DNA from: Botryllus schlosseri
Lineage: Eukaryota
NCBI GenBank assembly: GCA_051294905.1
Contig: CM119371.1
Span: 5,086,001-5,150,000 of the forward strand
Length of the DNA: 64,000 nt
Reading direction: 5' to 3'
Below the pieces are notes generated by a model. The model had not been told where the DNA came from. It saw nothing but the letters and a program-made list of their open reading frames with translations, and did not search any database. Below, one piece after another: positions 28,001 through 39,436 of this stretch. A program made the position numbers and the translations under genes. Position 1 is the first letter of the stretch; the number at the start of each line of letters is the position of its first letter.

Positions 28001-31000
28001 ACCGCACTCTTTGACAATGCGCTGAGTTGACCAGGACTTCACAAATATGTGATTTTTCAGAAACCTGTGTATAGCTATGCTGCGTACGTCCGATTCAGGT
28101 TTACAGCCTTCCACGCTAATTCTCGTTGGTAAATTAACTCTCTGCTACGTTTATTAGTAATCATTTTGACTATTGTATCAGAGAGCTTATCATTCCAGTA
28201 CTCGAACAAAATTCATGGCTCACACCTTGACTCAAATCATTAGAATTGATACTCGATTCAGATCCGAGTGCTCGGCTGGATATTTTTCCAAATTAGATTA
28301 GAATGATAACTACCGTTTTTTTCTCAAATGTGCTCAAAATTAGAATTACAGCTACATCCTTTTTCACAATAAGACTAGAATTACAAAATTTGCAAAAGAA
28401 ATACACCAAAAATCGGTAAACTTATCAATTAGTTGTCAAAGTCTGCCAGAAATGAACCTTACAGAGCTGATGCAATTGCGAGCTCCACAGTTTGAGATAC
28501 ATTACAGTTGTAACAATGAAATGCTTTTACCCTTCTTTTGGACAACTCGAGAAACCTTGTCTTGGAAGAATCTGTAAAATCCAACGACATGCTTGTGATT
28601 CAAACTGCGATATTGATGATCTCTTGAGATATATTGTCTTTCTGGTGATCATACGCGAGCATTTGCCGATAATTCAGATACCAGGTACTAGTGTTAGTTG
28701 CGAATTTTGAAGAGTAGTTCTAGTTCTATTCATTCATTCAATAGAACTTTGGTTGTCGATCAACTAGAAAACGAATGTCAACATTTGGTGTGAGTCATGA
28801 TACCGGTGTTCTTGCAGCCAGCTCAGAGTCATCGCCACTATGAAAGAAGTAGCACCGGGGTGGTTTTACAATCGAACCCCTCTGATTTTAAACTCGAAAA
28901 CATGTCATACTGAAATGCCGATTCTATCTCTAATATTCATTAGCTCATATAAAATTCGGTATTTCGTATAATCAGTTGGGCCTATTAGTCAGTTAATAAA
29001 GGATGTTTACTACGCTTTCACCCGGACTTGAGAAGAATTGAGTTACTGAAACTGATCAAAAATGGTTATTCTACTTCAGCAGTTCCATATGCGGCCCTGT
29101 GGAATGTGTTTCGAGCTACGATAGAGATGAATTGTAGCATCAAAAATATTACCACTTCATCAATGTATGTAGCTGGTTTATTTTAACAAGGTGTAATGAT
29201 AGCCTGACCGATGATATCGTTTGGCTAATGATACCGGCTCTATAGTAGAGTTTGAACTAAATCGGCCATGAGAGTTAAAAATATCGGCAAATTTTGCGAC
29301 GTCACGACATGGTAGCAGGGAAAAGTATCATTTGCGATTGCTACATTGTGAATATTCATCTATTTCCCGTAACTTACAAGTGGTCACGTTGGTACTCCAG
29401 TATTGAAGTAGAAGTAACATTGTAAATGTCTACTCGAGCACAAGCACAAGTAGTGATTTCAAAGTAGGTACGGTAATACAGCGAAGTATTCTAGACCTGG
29501 TTTTGCCGAAAAACTGAACTGTTACATAGGAGCGTACAGATGCATCCTTTCTAGTATATTTCATGTCCAAGTCTAGCAATGTCCCCCAAGTTGTTCAAAT
29601 CAATGCTAGGAAGGTTTGGAAATGTGCCTTACGATAGTTGCCATATTGTTTCAATATAGGCCAAATATAGCGGGGTTTTCGGTGAAAGTGCTACTTATCG
29701 GTATTGGCTCAAAAATACGATATCGGTCGGGCTCTAGTTATGATGAATGAGACTCGAGTACGCGGCTAGAAACGTAATACTCGATTCAGAATAGAATCAA
29801 ACACGAACTCTAATTTGCTAAGAGCTTGAAAAAAATCTTACCGTTCAAACTCTATAGAGGTCGCCTTCGCTGTAGTTGGCTTTCCGAGAACCTGGGCGCC
29901 ATGGTCAAGCAGGCTGTGGGCAGTTTCTGTGACTCTGCTTACGTGTGGTCAGATGCATGATTTTTACCTTATTTCATATCCAAGTATAGCAACATCTGCG
30001 AAGTTCAAATAAATCCTCTGAAGGTTTGGAAACATGTCTAAAGCTAGTTGTCATACTATTTCAATATCAACCGAATATATTGTGGTTATCGGTGAAGGTG
30101 CTACTTATCGGTACTGGCTCAAAATACGATATCGGTCGGGATCTAATTATGATGAATGAGACTCGAGTACGCGACTTGAAACGTAATGCTCCATTCAGAG
30201 TCCAATTAGTCAGGAACTCGATTTTGCCAAGGCCTACAAAAAACTCACTGTTTAAACTATGCAGAGGGCGCCTTTGCTGTAGTTGGCTTTCTGAGAACTT
30301 AGGTTCCATGTTCAAGCAGGTTGCGGGTAGATTCCGTTAAAAAAACTCGCTCGCCAGCACTTCATTACAGAGGGTCGTTGACACGGGTCGCTTGCCAACA
30401 TTCCAGTGAGAAAATCACGGATATGATTCAGGATTTGTGGAATTAAAACTATAATACAAATCAAGATATGGATATCAAATATTCAACTATTTCCGTATTC
30501 GGACGGGAAGTATCAAGTATCAATATAAGACACATTGTCCATATCAAGTTCAGTTGATATCAAATCAGAGTTCATTCTCATACACACAAGAATGCCGAAT
30601 GTCTGTACAATAAGCTTGTCTCGTTTCGTGCTACACAGTCCTGTATAAACTTCAAGAAAATCAAAATTAAATTAGAATACAGACAATTTAATTAGACAAC
30701 TAGAGTTATCTGACCCGAGTGTTGTACTGACCACCTCCTACCTGCTACAATGCACTACTGCAAGCAACGTTACCTCGATATCCCAGTAAAGGATCTTACA
30801 ATGGCGAAGATAAACAACTTCAGCAGAATCAGTTGCATGCAATAATGTGCCTCTTGTCAAGTTTCATCACCGACTGACAATAAAATAAAAAGATAATAGG
30901 ATTGCTAGAATGAAATTATTGATCTTATTTGTTGGGAATTGCTAAATGAAGATGGATTAGAATTAGAATTATGACTTGACTCCATATTCTTCCAAATTTG

Positions 31001-32693
31001 ACCAGAAGTTGAAAGATAGCTAGATGATATTTCCAAATCAGATTAGCAAAATTCTTAAAAGACATAAACAAAAATTAAGGTCATTACATCAATTGTAATT
31101 CATACACAATAATACATGATAGCCTGCTGTTAACACACATAGCACTACCATGTCATGTGTAATTTTCCTGGATGGAATTGCCATCCTATTAAATTCTATG
31201 CACCCGACACTTTAAAATTCATAGTGATAGCCCGACAGCATTCTTGCGTTATAGTAGCATACCAATAGCATACTGTTGATTGGCATTCTTGAAACCGTCA
31301 ATGGTATGTAACTTTTGTCTTTGTGACCCTACATAACAGCCAAACGAACCCAGTGTGCTTCTGACTTAGATTAGATTTGACCGCTTGTTCTCATTGGACA
31401 GTCTGCTAGTACCGAGCCCTACAAGGCTGATACAATTGCGCTACAGTTTGAGAGACATTGCATTTGTAACATGGAAATGCTGTTACCCTTCTTTCGCACA
31501 ACTCGAGAACGATGTGAACAAAATCCTTGTCTTGAAACATCCGGGAAATCCAACGAGGTGCTTGTGATTCAAACTGCAATGGAGACTGATCTCTTGACAC
31601 ATGTTGTCTTTCGCATGTTGCTTCACGAGTAGTGCCTGAAATTTAGATAGTAGGCCTAGTACTGGTTGCAGATTACGAAAAGTGAGTAGGCCTATGTGTA
31701 ATTCTAATTCAAGTTGCACATTTAAAAAAAAAACAGTTGAGAAACAACTAGAAACGCGTACCAGTGTACTGTCGTGATATAGATTACTATCCTACCCATT
31801 CGAAATTTCATGCCTGTGATGTCATATCTGGTTAATGTAATAGTATTTAGTAGCCTAGTTAATGAAACTCGTGATATACAAATTCTTTTGAATTCTCTAC
31901 TAGTTGCTGACGATTACCCCTGACCAGTGTGGGCCAAATGCTGGTTCATTTTTTAATATTAATATGTTATTCGATTTTACCAAGGAAATATTGCGGTCAG
32001 TTCACCTGCAATAATACTACCGTATCCGTTTACCAAGAGACCACAAAATCGATGTTGTTATCTGAGTGAACAGCTGCACAGTCAAATGTTTCTCATCTAT
32101 ATGTAGGTGGGTTATTTATATTCTCACACAGCAGCTAAAACTTGCAGTTAGAAGAAATTCACCATTCCTGCTAATTAATTATATTTCGCAAATTCTATGC
32201 TTGTATCAAAACAAACCACATATTACTAAAGTATAATAAAATAGTAGAATTAGTTTAACCACATAGGTGGAATAGGTGGAATCTGTTTTTCAAGTAGGAC
32301 TAGAAGTCGAGCTGAGAATCAAGAGATATTACCAATGCACAATTGTCAAGAGGTGGTCCAATTTAATGTGATACATCAGCTTCAAAAAGTATATGAGAAT
32401 GACAACTTACAAGCTTTAGACCGAATCCTTGTTTTCACTCGTAAGGGTTTCACAGAAGCAGGCGTTGGTGCATACGACAACTGCAGTCGCATAGATTCCT
32501 TGTGTTAACAAACTTGACACTTTTGGTACAATTTTGTAAGCGAAAACTTGTTACGTTCCGTGCTCCAAGATTTCAAATCATTTCGAGAATCCCTCTTTGC
32601 CAAGAAATGGACGTTTGTGTATCGTTTACTGGTAGAGTCATCTCACACGAAATCGGGATTCTCTCTAGTAGCAATGTGAACGTTATCACACAT
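22040..32693 (-). pseudogene. PLK1: Unprocessed Polo-like kinase 1 pseudogene, copy 2 (near full length, two exons duplicated internally)
   Basis: Minus-strand exons in PLK1 order: 32521-32693 (ENPDFV*D..KRY..FL/GKEGFSK*FEI..QVFAYKIVPK); 31487-31635 (ALLVKQHAKDNMCQEISLHCSLNHKHLVGF..QDKDFVHIVLELCERR); 30774-30873; a second pair at 28531-~28666 and 27561-27686 (RRVMTEAETRSCMQQILLGVVYLHDCNIIHTAIK); 26973-27150 (NTLCGTPDYIDDPEVLGKDGHGCEVD); 26254-26379; 25869-26019; 24583-24723; ~23960-24034; 22791-22988; 22040-22186 (DPAKVIRCPMMG). Disabled by stops and frameshifts. Confidence 0.9.
29540..30335 (+). repeat. Local tandem duplication, ~410-bp unit
   Basis: 29540-29930 aligns with 29953-30335; for example GTGCTACTTATCGGTA..GGCTCAAAA..TACGATATCGGTCGGG..ATGATGAATGAGACTCGAGTACGCG occurs in both. 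Confidence 0.85.
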
Positions 32694-34235
32694 TATCGTG
32701 AAATCAAATACAAATCAATCTGCAAAACAAAATATTTTCATTGACAGACGGACTGACAAAAATAACTTATTTTGTCAAATTTCACTGGCCAGTTGATAAA
32801 ATGCTAGGATTTTTACAAAATATTTGTAACAACCTTAATAACTTGCAGTTGGTAGCCAAGAAGACGGGAAATAGAACTAATGACACAACAAACTAACTAG
32901 ATTGAATTACGAAGCAGCTCGTAAATTTGTATATTATCAGAATCAGATCGATTTTCCACAAGAACATCGGTACAAGTTTGAAATGGGAGAATATTTGTCC
33001 CCAAAACCCACCTATTGGCTACACCACTGTTCGTAGTGATGACTCTAGGCTAGCAATGGCTGCAACTGCAAGAACATCACACAACAGAACATCGTAATCA
33101 CGATTCACACCAAACGACGACACGCCTTTTCTAGTGGTTCGGCAACTAAGTATAACTAATCCCTTCACTAAATCTTCAACTAGAACTAGAACTAGTCACA
33201 AAACCATCCATTATAGTTGATTGTCAACTAACTAATTGATAGTTTGCATAAGTCTACATAGAAGTGATAGAACCTCTACGTCCTCTAGTAAAACAAACAG
33301 ACAAAAATAGAATAGCATACCAGATATTTAGCAATGAAGAAACCGTGATTTATAAGTACTGTACCAATACCAAAGACATCAACGATAATGCAACAAAGAA
33401 TGCAAAACTAACCTGTATAAGTTCCTGAACTGCCCTTGAACAAACGAGCAAAGAACGACGTATGATTCTGATATCCCGTTGTGTAGTCCAGCTCCAGAGA
33501 TATAATTTGATATTCCACAACTTGCTAATCACACGGCGTGTGCGAGAATGGTCACCATTCTACGACACCCTTAATATGTGTTATCCAAACAGAAGCACAG
33601 CACTGACATATTACTTTTTTTTACCAATAAAAAATCTAATCAGAGAGGGGGAGTCCCCGATCAACATTGTCGCCGAAGTCAACGAACTGTGAACGTATAG
33701 AGTAGAATGATATTTTATTTATTTTGTCGATCAAGCAACACAGAATGTGTTGTTAACAAGCTTCTATGATGTCGAATAAGATTTTTTTCCAATTACTAAA
33801 CTAGCATTATATCAGCAGTTAGTAACCTTTACTGACATGGCGACCGATTAACGCAAATCTCCAAGCCTTCTGCGGCCCATAATATTCCTCCAAAAATATG
33901 GTAGGGTTACCATACGTCCTCTTTATTGACTTTATTTCAAAGTGTCCTCGAAGGACGTCCAAATGTCCTCTTTTTTTGAGAAATTGTCCTCTGTTTTGAA
34001 AATTCTGGCTAAAAATAGGTTTAAATTCAACTGAAATATAGCAAATTAGTGCCCAAGAAACGTTCCGGGTGTTGTTTTGTGAATTGAGCGGGAAAGTTGA
34101 CCTCTTCTTCATTTTTTTTAGTCAACCAACGGAGAATACGACAAAAGGAGTCGGGTCGGAAAAATGACTTTTTTAGCGCAGAGCGAATGTTTGTAGTTGT
34201 ATAATTGTATATCTGACTCCAAGATGTATTCTTGA

Positions 34236-37200
34236 TGTGCAACTTTGCATTTATTCATAGGTTAAATACCGTAATAAATGATCAAACTGAAATACAAAAG
34301 AACAGTTGCATCGACTAGCCTAATCCCTATTGCTCCAACAACTCACAAGACGTGGGTGCTAATACATACATGCACGCACGTCGCACAATCACAACAACAA
34401 GACTAGATCGCTCATGCGTTTAGGGAAACTACTAGAGAGAGATTGTAGTAAGAGATAATCACACATCCCCCCCAACTCCTAACGAAATCAACGAGCATTG
34501 AGTGAGGAGTTTAAAATACAGCGTGTAGAGAACGTCCAACCAAATACTCTAATGGCGATTGAAGCGGGAATCAACATAAACTTTGTGCCCCAATAACGTA
34601 GTCCTTGTGCCATACTGGCGGGGTAACATTTCTGCCTGAGCGCTGGCGTCTATCGTCAGACGGTGCGGGTACACTAGTGTCGTCGATCGGTACTTCAACT
34701 GGTAGATGATCTTCTGCACTCGATTCGGTGGATCTCAGCAAGCCAGGGTCTACCTCATTCGACTGTCCACTTAGAGCGGGTGGCGAAACGACTAGAGGTG
34801 ACGTAGCTGTGCCGGGAGACGAGACCGTTGGCTGAAAATATGTGTGCTTTTGGTTCGGAAAGTACGGCTCAATCTTGCGTAGAAATTTCCTGTTACGTAG
34901 CGTCAATCTGGCGGAACCGTCCACTTTCACGAGGTACTGGTCATGGTCTCGGCACTGAACCACAGTGCCGGTTCTGTCCCAGCGAAGGGGATAACGACCG
35001 TTTTGGTTTTGAATGCGACAGACATCACCTTCAAGAAGTGGTGATAATGGCTTAGTGTTCAACGACAGAGATTCCAGCTGCTTCGCAAATCTGGTACGTA
35101 ACGTGTGCTCGCGACTCTGCCAGAGGTTCCTCCATAATGGCCTGATGTTGCGCTGGGTGAAAACTGGGACCCATGCTTTGATCGGCAACGCATCTTTCAA
35201 AGTCCTGCCAAATACTATTTCTGCAGGGGAGAGTCCATTCGCGGGGTCGGGGCAATTGCGAAACTGTAGCAATGCCCGAGTAATTGCATCGGTCCGGATG
35301 CTGCCATCCTGCGAAATGTTGCCGAGAAGGAGTCGTTTCATCGATTTCACCGCAGCCTCCGCGCGACCATTTGACCTGGAGTGGTAGGCTGACGACAGCC
35401 TGTGGCGCACCCCCCATTTTCGAAAAAATTCCCGAGTGCTGTGCGCAGCAAATTCGGGTCCCCCGTCACTGCTAAGTTCTTCGGCCACACCAAACGTGCC
35501 GAAGTAACTTCGTAATGCATCTTGGAGTCCGAGGGCTCCAGACGTTTGGCCACCGTGCTTCACATGGAATATCTCTGGCCAGTTGCTGAAGCGGTCAACG
35601 ACGACTAAATAGTGGTGGCCTGCGGCGGTGCAATAATCAGCGGCAACAGCTTGGAAAGGGTAGGTCGGTATGAATGGCTCGGCCGGAGGCATGTATGCTT
35701 GACTCGGTGCCATTTTACTGCAGTTGTCACAACGTGCTCGTGTACGTGCTATACACTCAGTCATCCCAGGCCAAAATACTGTGGCCTGCGCCCTCTGTGA
35801 CATGGCAGCAGTCCCTTGGTGTGCCGAGTGTAAGATTTCACAGATAACCCCTCGCAGCGGCGGGGGAACGACAATCCGGTCATTATACATGACAACATCG
35901 TCTACGATCGAAAGGTCGTCGCGGTACCGCCAATATGATTGTAGTTGAAAAGGCAGTTTGTCCGATTTGTCTGGGAATCCTGATATGATGTGATTTTTTA
36001 ACTCACTGAGAATAGGATCGTATGCAGTACTGCGCTTTACATCGTCCCAGGAGACAACTTCAATGGCATTCAATGATGCTCGGGAGGCAGCCACGATGCT
36101 GATTTCAATCAGATTGGTGTCCTCATGAGAAGCCACGATACTGTCGCAGTGATCCAACGGCATGTCATCCACTGGAGTCGAGGAAGCAGGGTGCCTGGAG
36201 AACGCATCAGATGCAGGAATGAGTTTGCCAGGAACATGGACGACACGGAAGCGCCATGACAATGTGCGCTGCTTCAGGCGAAAAATCCTTGTGTTAGTAA
36301 TTTCATCAAGGGAGCGGTCCCCAAAGATTTTTACCAAAGGTTTGTGGTCAGTGCAGATGATAAGATCGTCACATCCGAGGGTGAAGAACTTCGTATCTTC
36401 TAATGCCCATGCGATTCCAAGCGCCTCGCCCTCTATAGAACAATATCGTTGTTCGGCGGATCGGAGGAACCTTGAGCCAGCGAGAGTGATTTTCCACCCA
36501 TGGACGCAACAGTCAGGGGTCAAGGAAACGCATTTGCAGTACTTCTGTCGCAGCCAGTAGCCAATGCCGGACCTTGACCAGTCCGGGGTCAGGCACGTTC
36601 TTCTAGTGGGGTCAAAGATACGTACTCCATCTTTGATTGCGTTGATGAGCTCGAGCTTGGAGTTCGCGAATGCATCATCAAGTTCGGAAGTCCAGCAAAA
36701 TGGAGTTTTCACGCTTAGTAACGGTTTGAATGGTGCCATAATGGTAGAAAGCCGGCCATAATGAGAAACCTGGTTGACCAGCCCAAACCATGCACGTATA
36801 TCTGCTATTTTTGTTGGCCGTGGGAAGCACTGTATTGCTTCCAAGTATTTGGGCAGAGGGCGAACATTCTCGGCAGTAATTTCGAAGCCGGCGAACTCGA
36901 TATGTCTGCGGCAGAACTGGAACTTGGAGGCGTTTAGGATGATACCTTCACGGCCCATTAATTCTAGATAGTCAATCATCCTCCACCAGTGCGTGGCAAG
37001 ATCATCGTCCCAGAGGACCGTGTCGTCCACGCACTTCGTTTTGCGTGGTGTGTCGGCAATGATGCTGTCGTAGCGGTAAGCGTACCCGTCGCCACTGGCC
37101 AGGTATCCCTGCGGGGCCACTCTATACCGATATCTCCCGAACTCAGTGATGAATGTCAGAAGGTGTCTATCCTCTTCACGCACGGGCACGGAATGGTAGC

Positions 37201-39436
37201 CATTCCAGGCATCTGTGACAGACCTGTAAGTGTTTGGAGGTATCGAGCGTGCTTGTTTGAAAGGAGGCACAACATGGTGTGTTTCTCGAGAGCAAAAGCG
37301 GTTCAGCGATTGGAAGTCAACAACTCTCCTCGGGCTGCCATCTGCCTTGCGCACCCATATGGCCCTATGACACCAGGTCGTTGGCGTGTTCGGCTCCACT
37401 TTTTCAATCACCCCCAATTTTACGTCCGCCTCCAACTGCTTCTCGATTTCCTCTTTCCAATGAAGTGGAATGGGAGCCGGTGTGTGGACTGCAGTCGGTG
37501 TCGCCGACGGATCGATATGAATGGAAATAGGCGGCCCAGTCATGGTTGGTAGTGGGCTGTGTTTGCACTTGTTGAATGTGGATGATGCATACCTCTCAAG
37601 TAACCACTGCTTCATTTTATCCACATTCTCCGCACAAGGCTGGAATGGCAGCTGCTGGGGTCGTGAAGGAGGCGTGGACCTCCGTGGGCAGCTACATGTT
37701 TGATGTGGGTTACCCTCAAGGGTTGACTCTCGTGTCGCGTGGAGTGCTGCTGCCCCAATCTGAGGAAAATCGGGCCCAATGATGCCCAACTTCTGCATGG
37801 CATCTCGGCTAAGGTAGAAGAGTTTCGTAGAATCCGTAATGTATACCATCTCAGCGGTTTCTATGACATCGCCAGAAACTGCTGCACCCGAAAGTCGCAG
37901 AAACACAGCGCCCAGGATGTGGATACACTCATCATTAGCTGCAACCAAGCGTTTCTTTACCGGGATGAGATGCTGGTCCTTGAAGCCGCATGCTCGAAAC
38001 AGTTTCAATCCCATCAAGGATGATTGTGCACCAGTGTCTGATATCGCCTTTACCTTCTTGGGCGATATTTTGGGACGCTGGATATTGAACTGGGCATAAT
38101 CGGCTTGCCGGGTGGAGACCAAAAGATCAATGGTCGGTTGTGCCTTGCAGTCTTTCAGCAACCATCCGTATGTGCCATCAAATATGTGATGGTCTAATAT
38201 GACTTCCGAAGCATGAGATTCTACAGTGTTTTTGGTACGGTTTGATACTGAAGCGATATTGATACTAGAAGCGGTGCCAGTACTAGGTGTCTCCGATTGG
38301 TTGCTTTGTCTCCAGCAGGCTAGACATTGTTTAAACTCGCGCAACCTCGGCTTACCAAACTTCCCATGCAAGAATTTATACTTCTTCATGACACTGCCAC
38401 ATTTGCCACATTTGATGACTTGAGAGAGATCGGGCAACGGCTTGCCAGTAGAAGTGCTGGCCGCAACGCTAGATTCATGCTGATTTCTCAATGTGGGGGA
38501 GGTGGCACGTAGAGCTAATTCCTTGTTTTCAATAATCTGGACAGTTTCGTCTAGCGATTTTGCATCGAGATTTGCAACACTAAGGACTTGCCGCTGAACC
38601 TCATCATCAGCCAGGCCGGCGATGACAATATGCTTAACAATTCTATCAGAAAAGTCATTGACTTGGGTGCAGCCAGGCTTCGTGCAATTCATTTGAAATG
38701 AGCAAATTCTTGCAGACGCTTTCACCTCGGCTAGAAATGCACTGAAGGACTGTCCTTGATCCTGCTGGGCCGAAAATAGAGCAACGGTGCGCATGCTTGT
38801 GGCGATTTTGACAACTGCTAGAGATTCAATAGCTTTCAGCATATCACCTTCACTGACCTGATTGAAGTCACAGACTTGTTTGAAGAGGTCGTTCGATAAA
38901 GTTATCTCGCAGCATTGCCAAAGGTGGCTCTTGATTAGCTTGTCGGGTATCTCGGTCCCTTTTTTAAAATCGTCCCATTTTCTGAGGAATATTTGCCATT
39001 CCTCGGCAGTGGAGCCACGCGAAATGACGGGTCGTTCCATGACAGGTGGTCTCGAACGCGAGACATGAGGACATGTTGTGTGGATTGTAGCATGGATATT
39101 GAGCTGTGTGACGGCGCCGGCCGTATCTTCGGATTCAGTCTCATAATTGCAGTCTTGGATTGGGCAAGAAAGCTTCGGCATGGTTAATCCGTATTAAGTT
39201 TGATCATGTGCAACTTTGCATTTATTCATAGGTTAAATACCGTAATAAATGATCAAACTGAAATACAAAAGAACAGTTGCATCGACTAGCCTAATCCCTA
39301 TTGCTCCAACAACTCACAAGACGTGGGTGCTAATACATACATGCACGCACGTCGCACAATCACAACAACAAGACTAGATCGCTCATGCGTTTAGGGAAAC
39401 TACTAGAGAGAGATTGTAGTAAGAGATAATCACACA
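34236..39436 (-). mobile_element. Intact Ty3/Gypsy LTR retrotransposon (Mag-like features), very recent insertion
   Basis: Identical 230-bp TG...CA LTRs at 34236-34465 and 39207-39436; 5-bp TSD CTTGA (34231-34235, 39437-39441); PPT GGAGTTGGGGGGGA next to the 3' LTR; a single uninterrupted gag-pol ORF. Confidence 0.97.
34571..39181 (-). CDS. Gag-Pol polyprotein (Gag, protease, RT, RNase H, integrase), 1536 aa
   Basis: Protease DTGAQSS; RT motifs VDFQSLN, TDAWNGYH, APQGY, CVDD; RNase H PDWSRSGIG, IEGEAL, TDHKPL; integrase LHSAHQG..CDNC, ADY, SDGGPEF, SNGRAE. Domain order PR-RT-RH-IN is the Gypsy order. Confidence 0.97.
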   Translation of the reverse strand: MPKLSCPIQDCNYETESEDTAGAVTQLNIHATIHTTCPHVSRSRPPVMERPVISRGSTAEEWQIFLRKWDDFKKGTEIPDKLIKSHLWQCCEITLSNDLFKQVCDFNQVSEGDMLKAIESLAVVKIATSMRTVALFSAQQDQGQSFSAFLAEVKASARICSFQMNCTKPGCTQVNDFSDRIVKHIVIAGLADDEVQRQVLSVANLDAKSLDETVQIIENKELALRATSPTLRNQHESSVAASTSTGKPLPDLSQVIKCGKCGSVMKKYKFLHGKFGKPRLREFKQCLACWRQSNQSETPSTGTASSINIASVSNRTKNTVESHASEVILDHHIFDGTYGWLLKDCKAQPTIDLLVSTRQADYAQFNIQRPKISPKKVKAISDTGAQSSLMGLKLFRACGFKDQHLIPVKKRLVAANDECIHILGAVFLRLSGAAVSGDVIETAEMVYITDSTKLFYLSRDAMQKLGIIGPDFPQIGAAALHATRESTLEGNPHQTCSCPRRSTPPSRPQQLPFQPCAENVDKMKQWLLERYASSTFNKCKHSPLPTMTGPPISIHIDPSATPTAVHTPAPIPLHWKEEIEKQLEADVKLGVIEKVEPNTPTTWCHRAIWVRKADGSPRRVVDFQSLNRFCSRETHHVVPPFKQARSIPPNTYRSVTDAWNGYHSVPVREEDRHLLTFITEFGRYRYRVAPQGYLASGDGYAYRYDSIIADTPRKTKCVDDTVLWDDDLATHWWRMIDYLELMGREGIILNASKFQFCRRHIEFAGFEITAENVRPLPKYLEAIQCFPRPTKIADIRAWFGLVNQVSHYGRLSTIMAPFKPLLSVKTPFCWTSELDDAFANSKLELINAIKDGVRIFDPTRRTCLTPDWSRSGIGYWLRQKYCKCVSLTPDCCVHGWKITLAGSRFLRSAEQRYCSIEGEALGIAWALEDTKFFTLGCDDLIICTDHKPLVKIFGDRSLDEITNTRIFRLKQRTLSWRFRVVHVPGKLIPASDAFSRHPASSTPVDDMPLDHCDSIVASHEDTNLIEISIVAASRASLNAIEVVSWDDVKRSTAYDPILSELKNHIISGFPDKSDKLPFQLQSYWRYRDDLSIVDDVVMYNDRIVVPPPLRGVICEILHSAHQGTAAMSQRAQATVFWPGMTECIARTRARCDNCSKMAPSQAYMPPAEPFIPTYPFQAVAADYCTAAGHHYLVVVDRFSNWPEIFHVKHGGQTSGALGLQDALRSYFGTFGVAEELSSDGGPEFAAHSTREFFRKWGVRHRLSSAYHSRSNGRAEAAVKSMKRLLLGNISQDGSIRTDAITRALLQFRNCPDPANGLSPAEIVFGRTLKDALPIKAWVPVFTQRNIRPLWRNLWQSREHTLRTRFAKQLESLSLNTKPLSPLLEGDVCRIQNQNGRYPLRWDRTGTVVQCRDHDQYLVKVDGSARLTLRNRKFLRKIEPYFPNQKHTYFQPTVSSPGTATSPLVVSPPALSGQSNEVDPGLLRSTESSAEDHLPVEVPIDDTSVPAPSDDRRQRSGRNVTPPVWHKDYVIGAQSLC

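Noticed and set aside
33350..33532. Possible extra exon upstream of PLK1psi-2
   Set aside because: A splice-donor-like site is present but no recognisable homology in the frames read.
34828..39187. Many short ORFs overlapping the Gypsy gag-pol
   Set aside because: Expected by-products of a GC-richer coding sequence; no env or other domain recognised.
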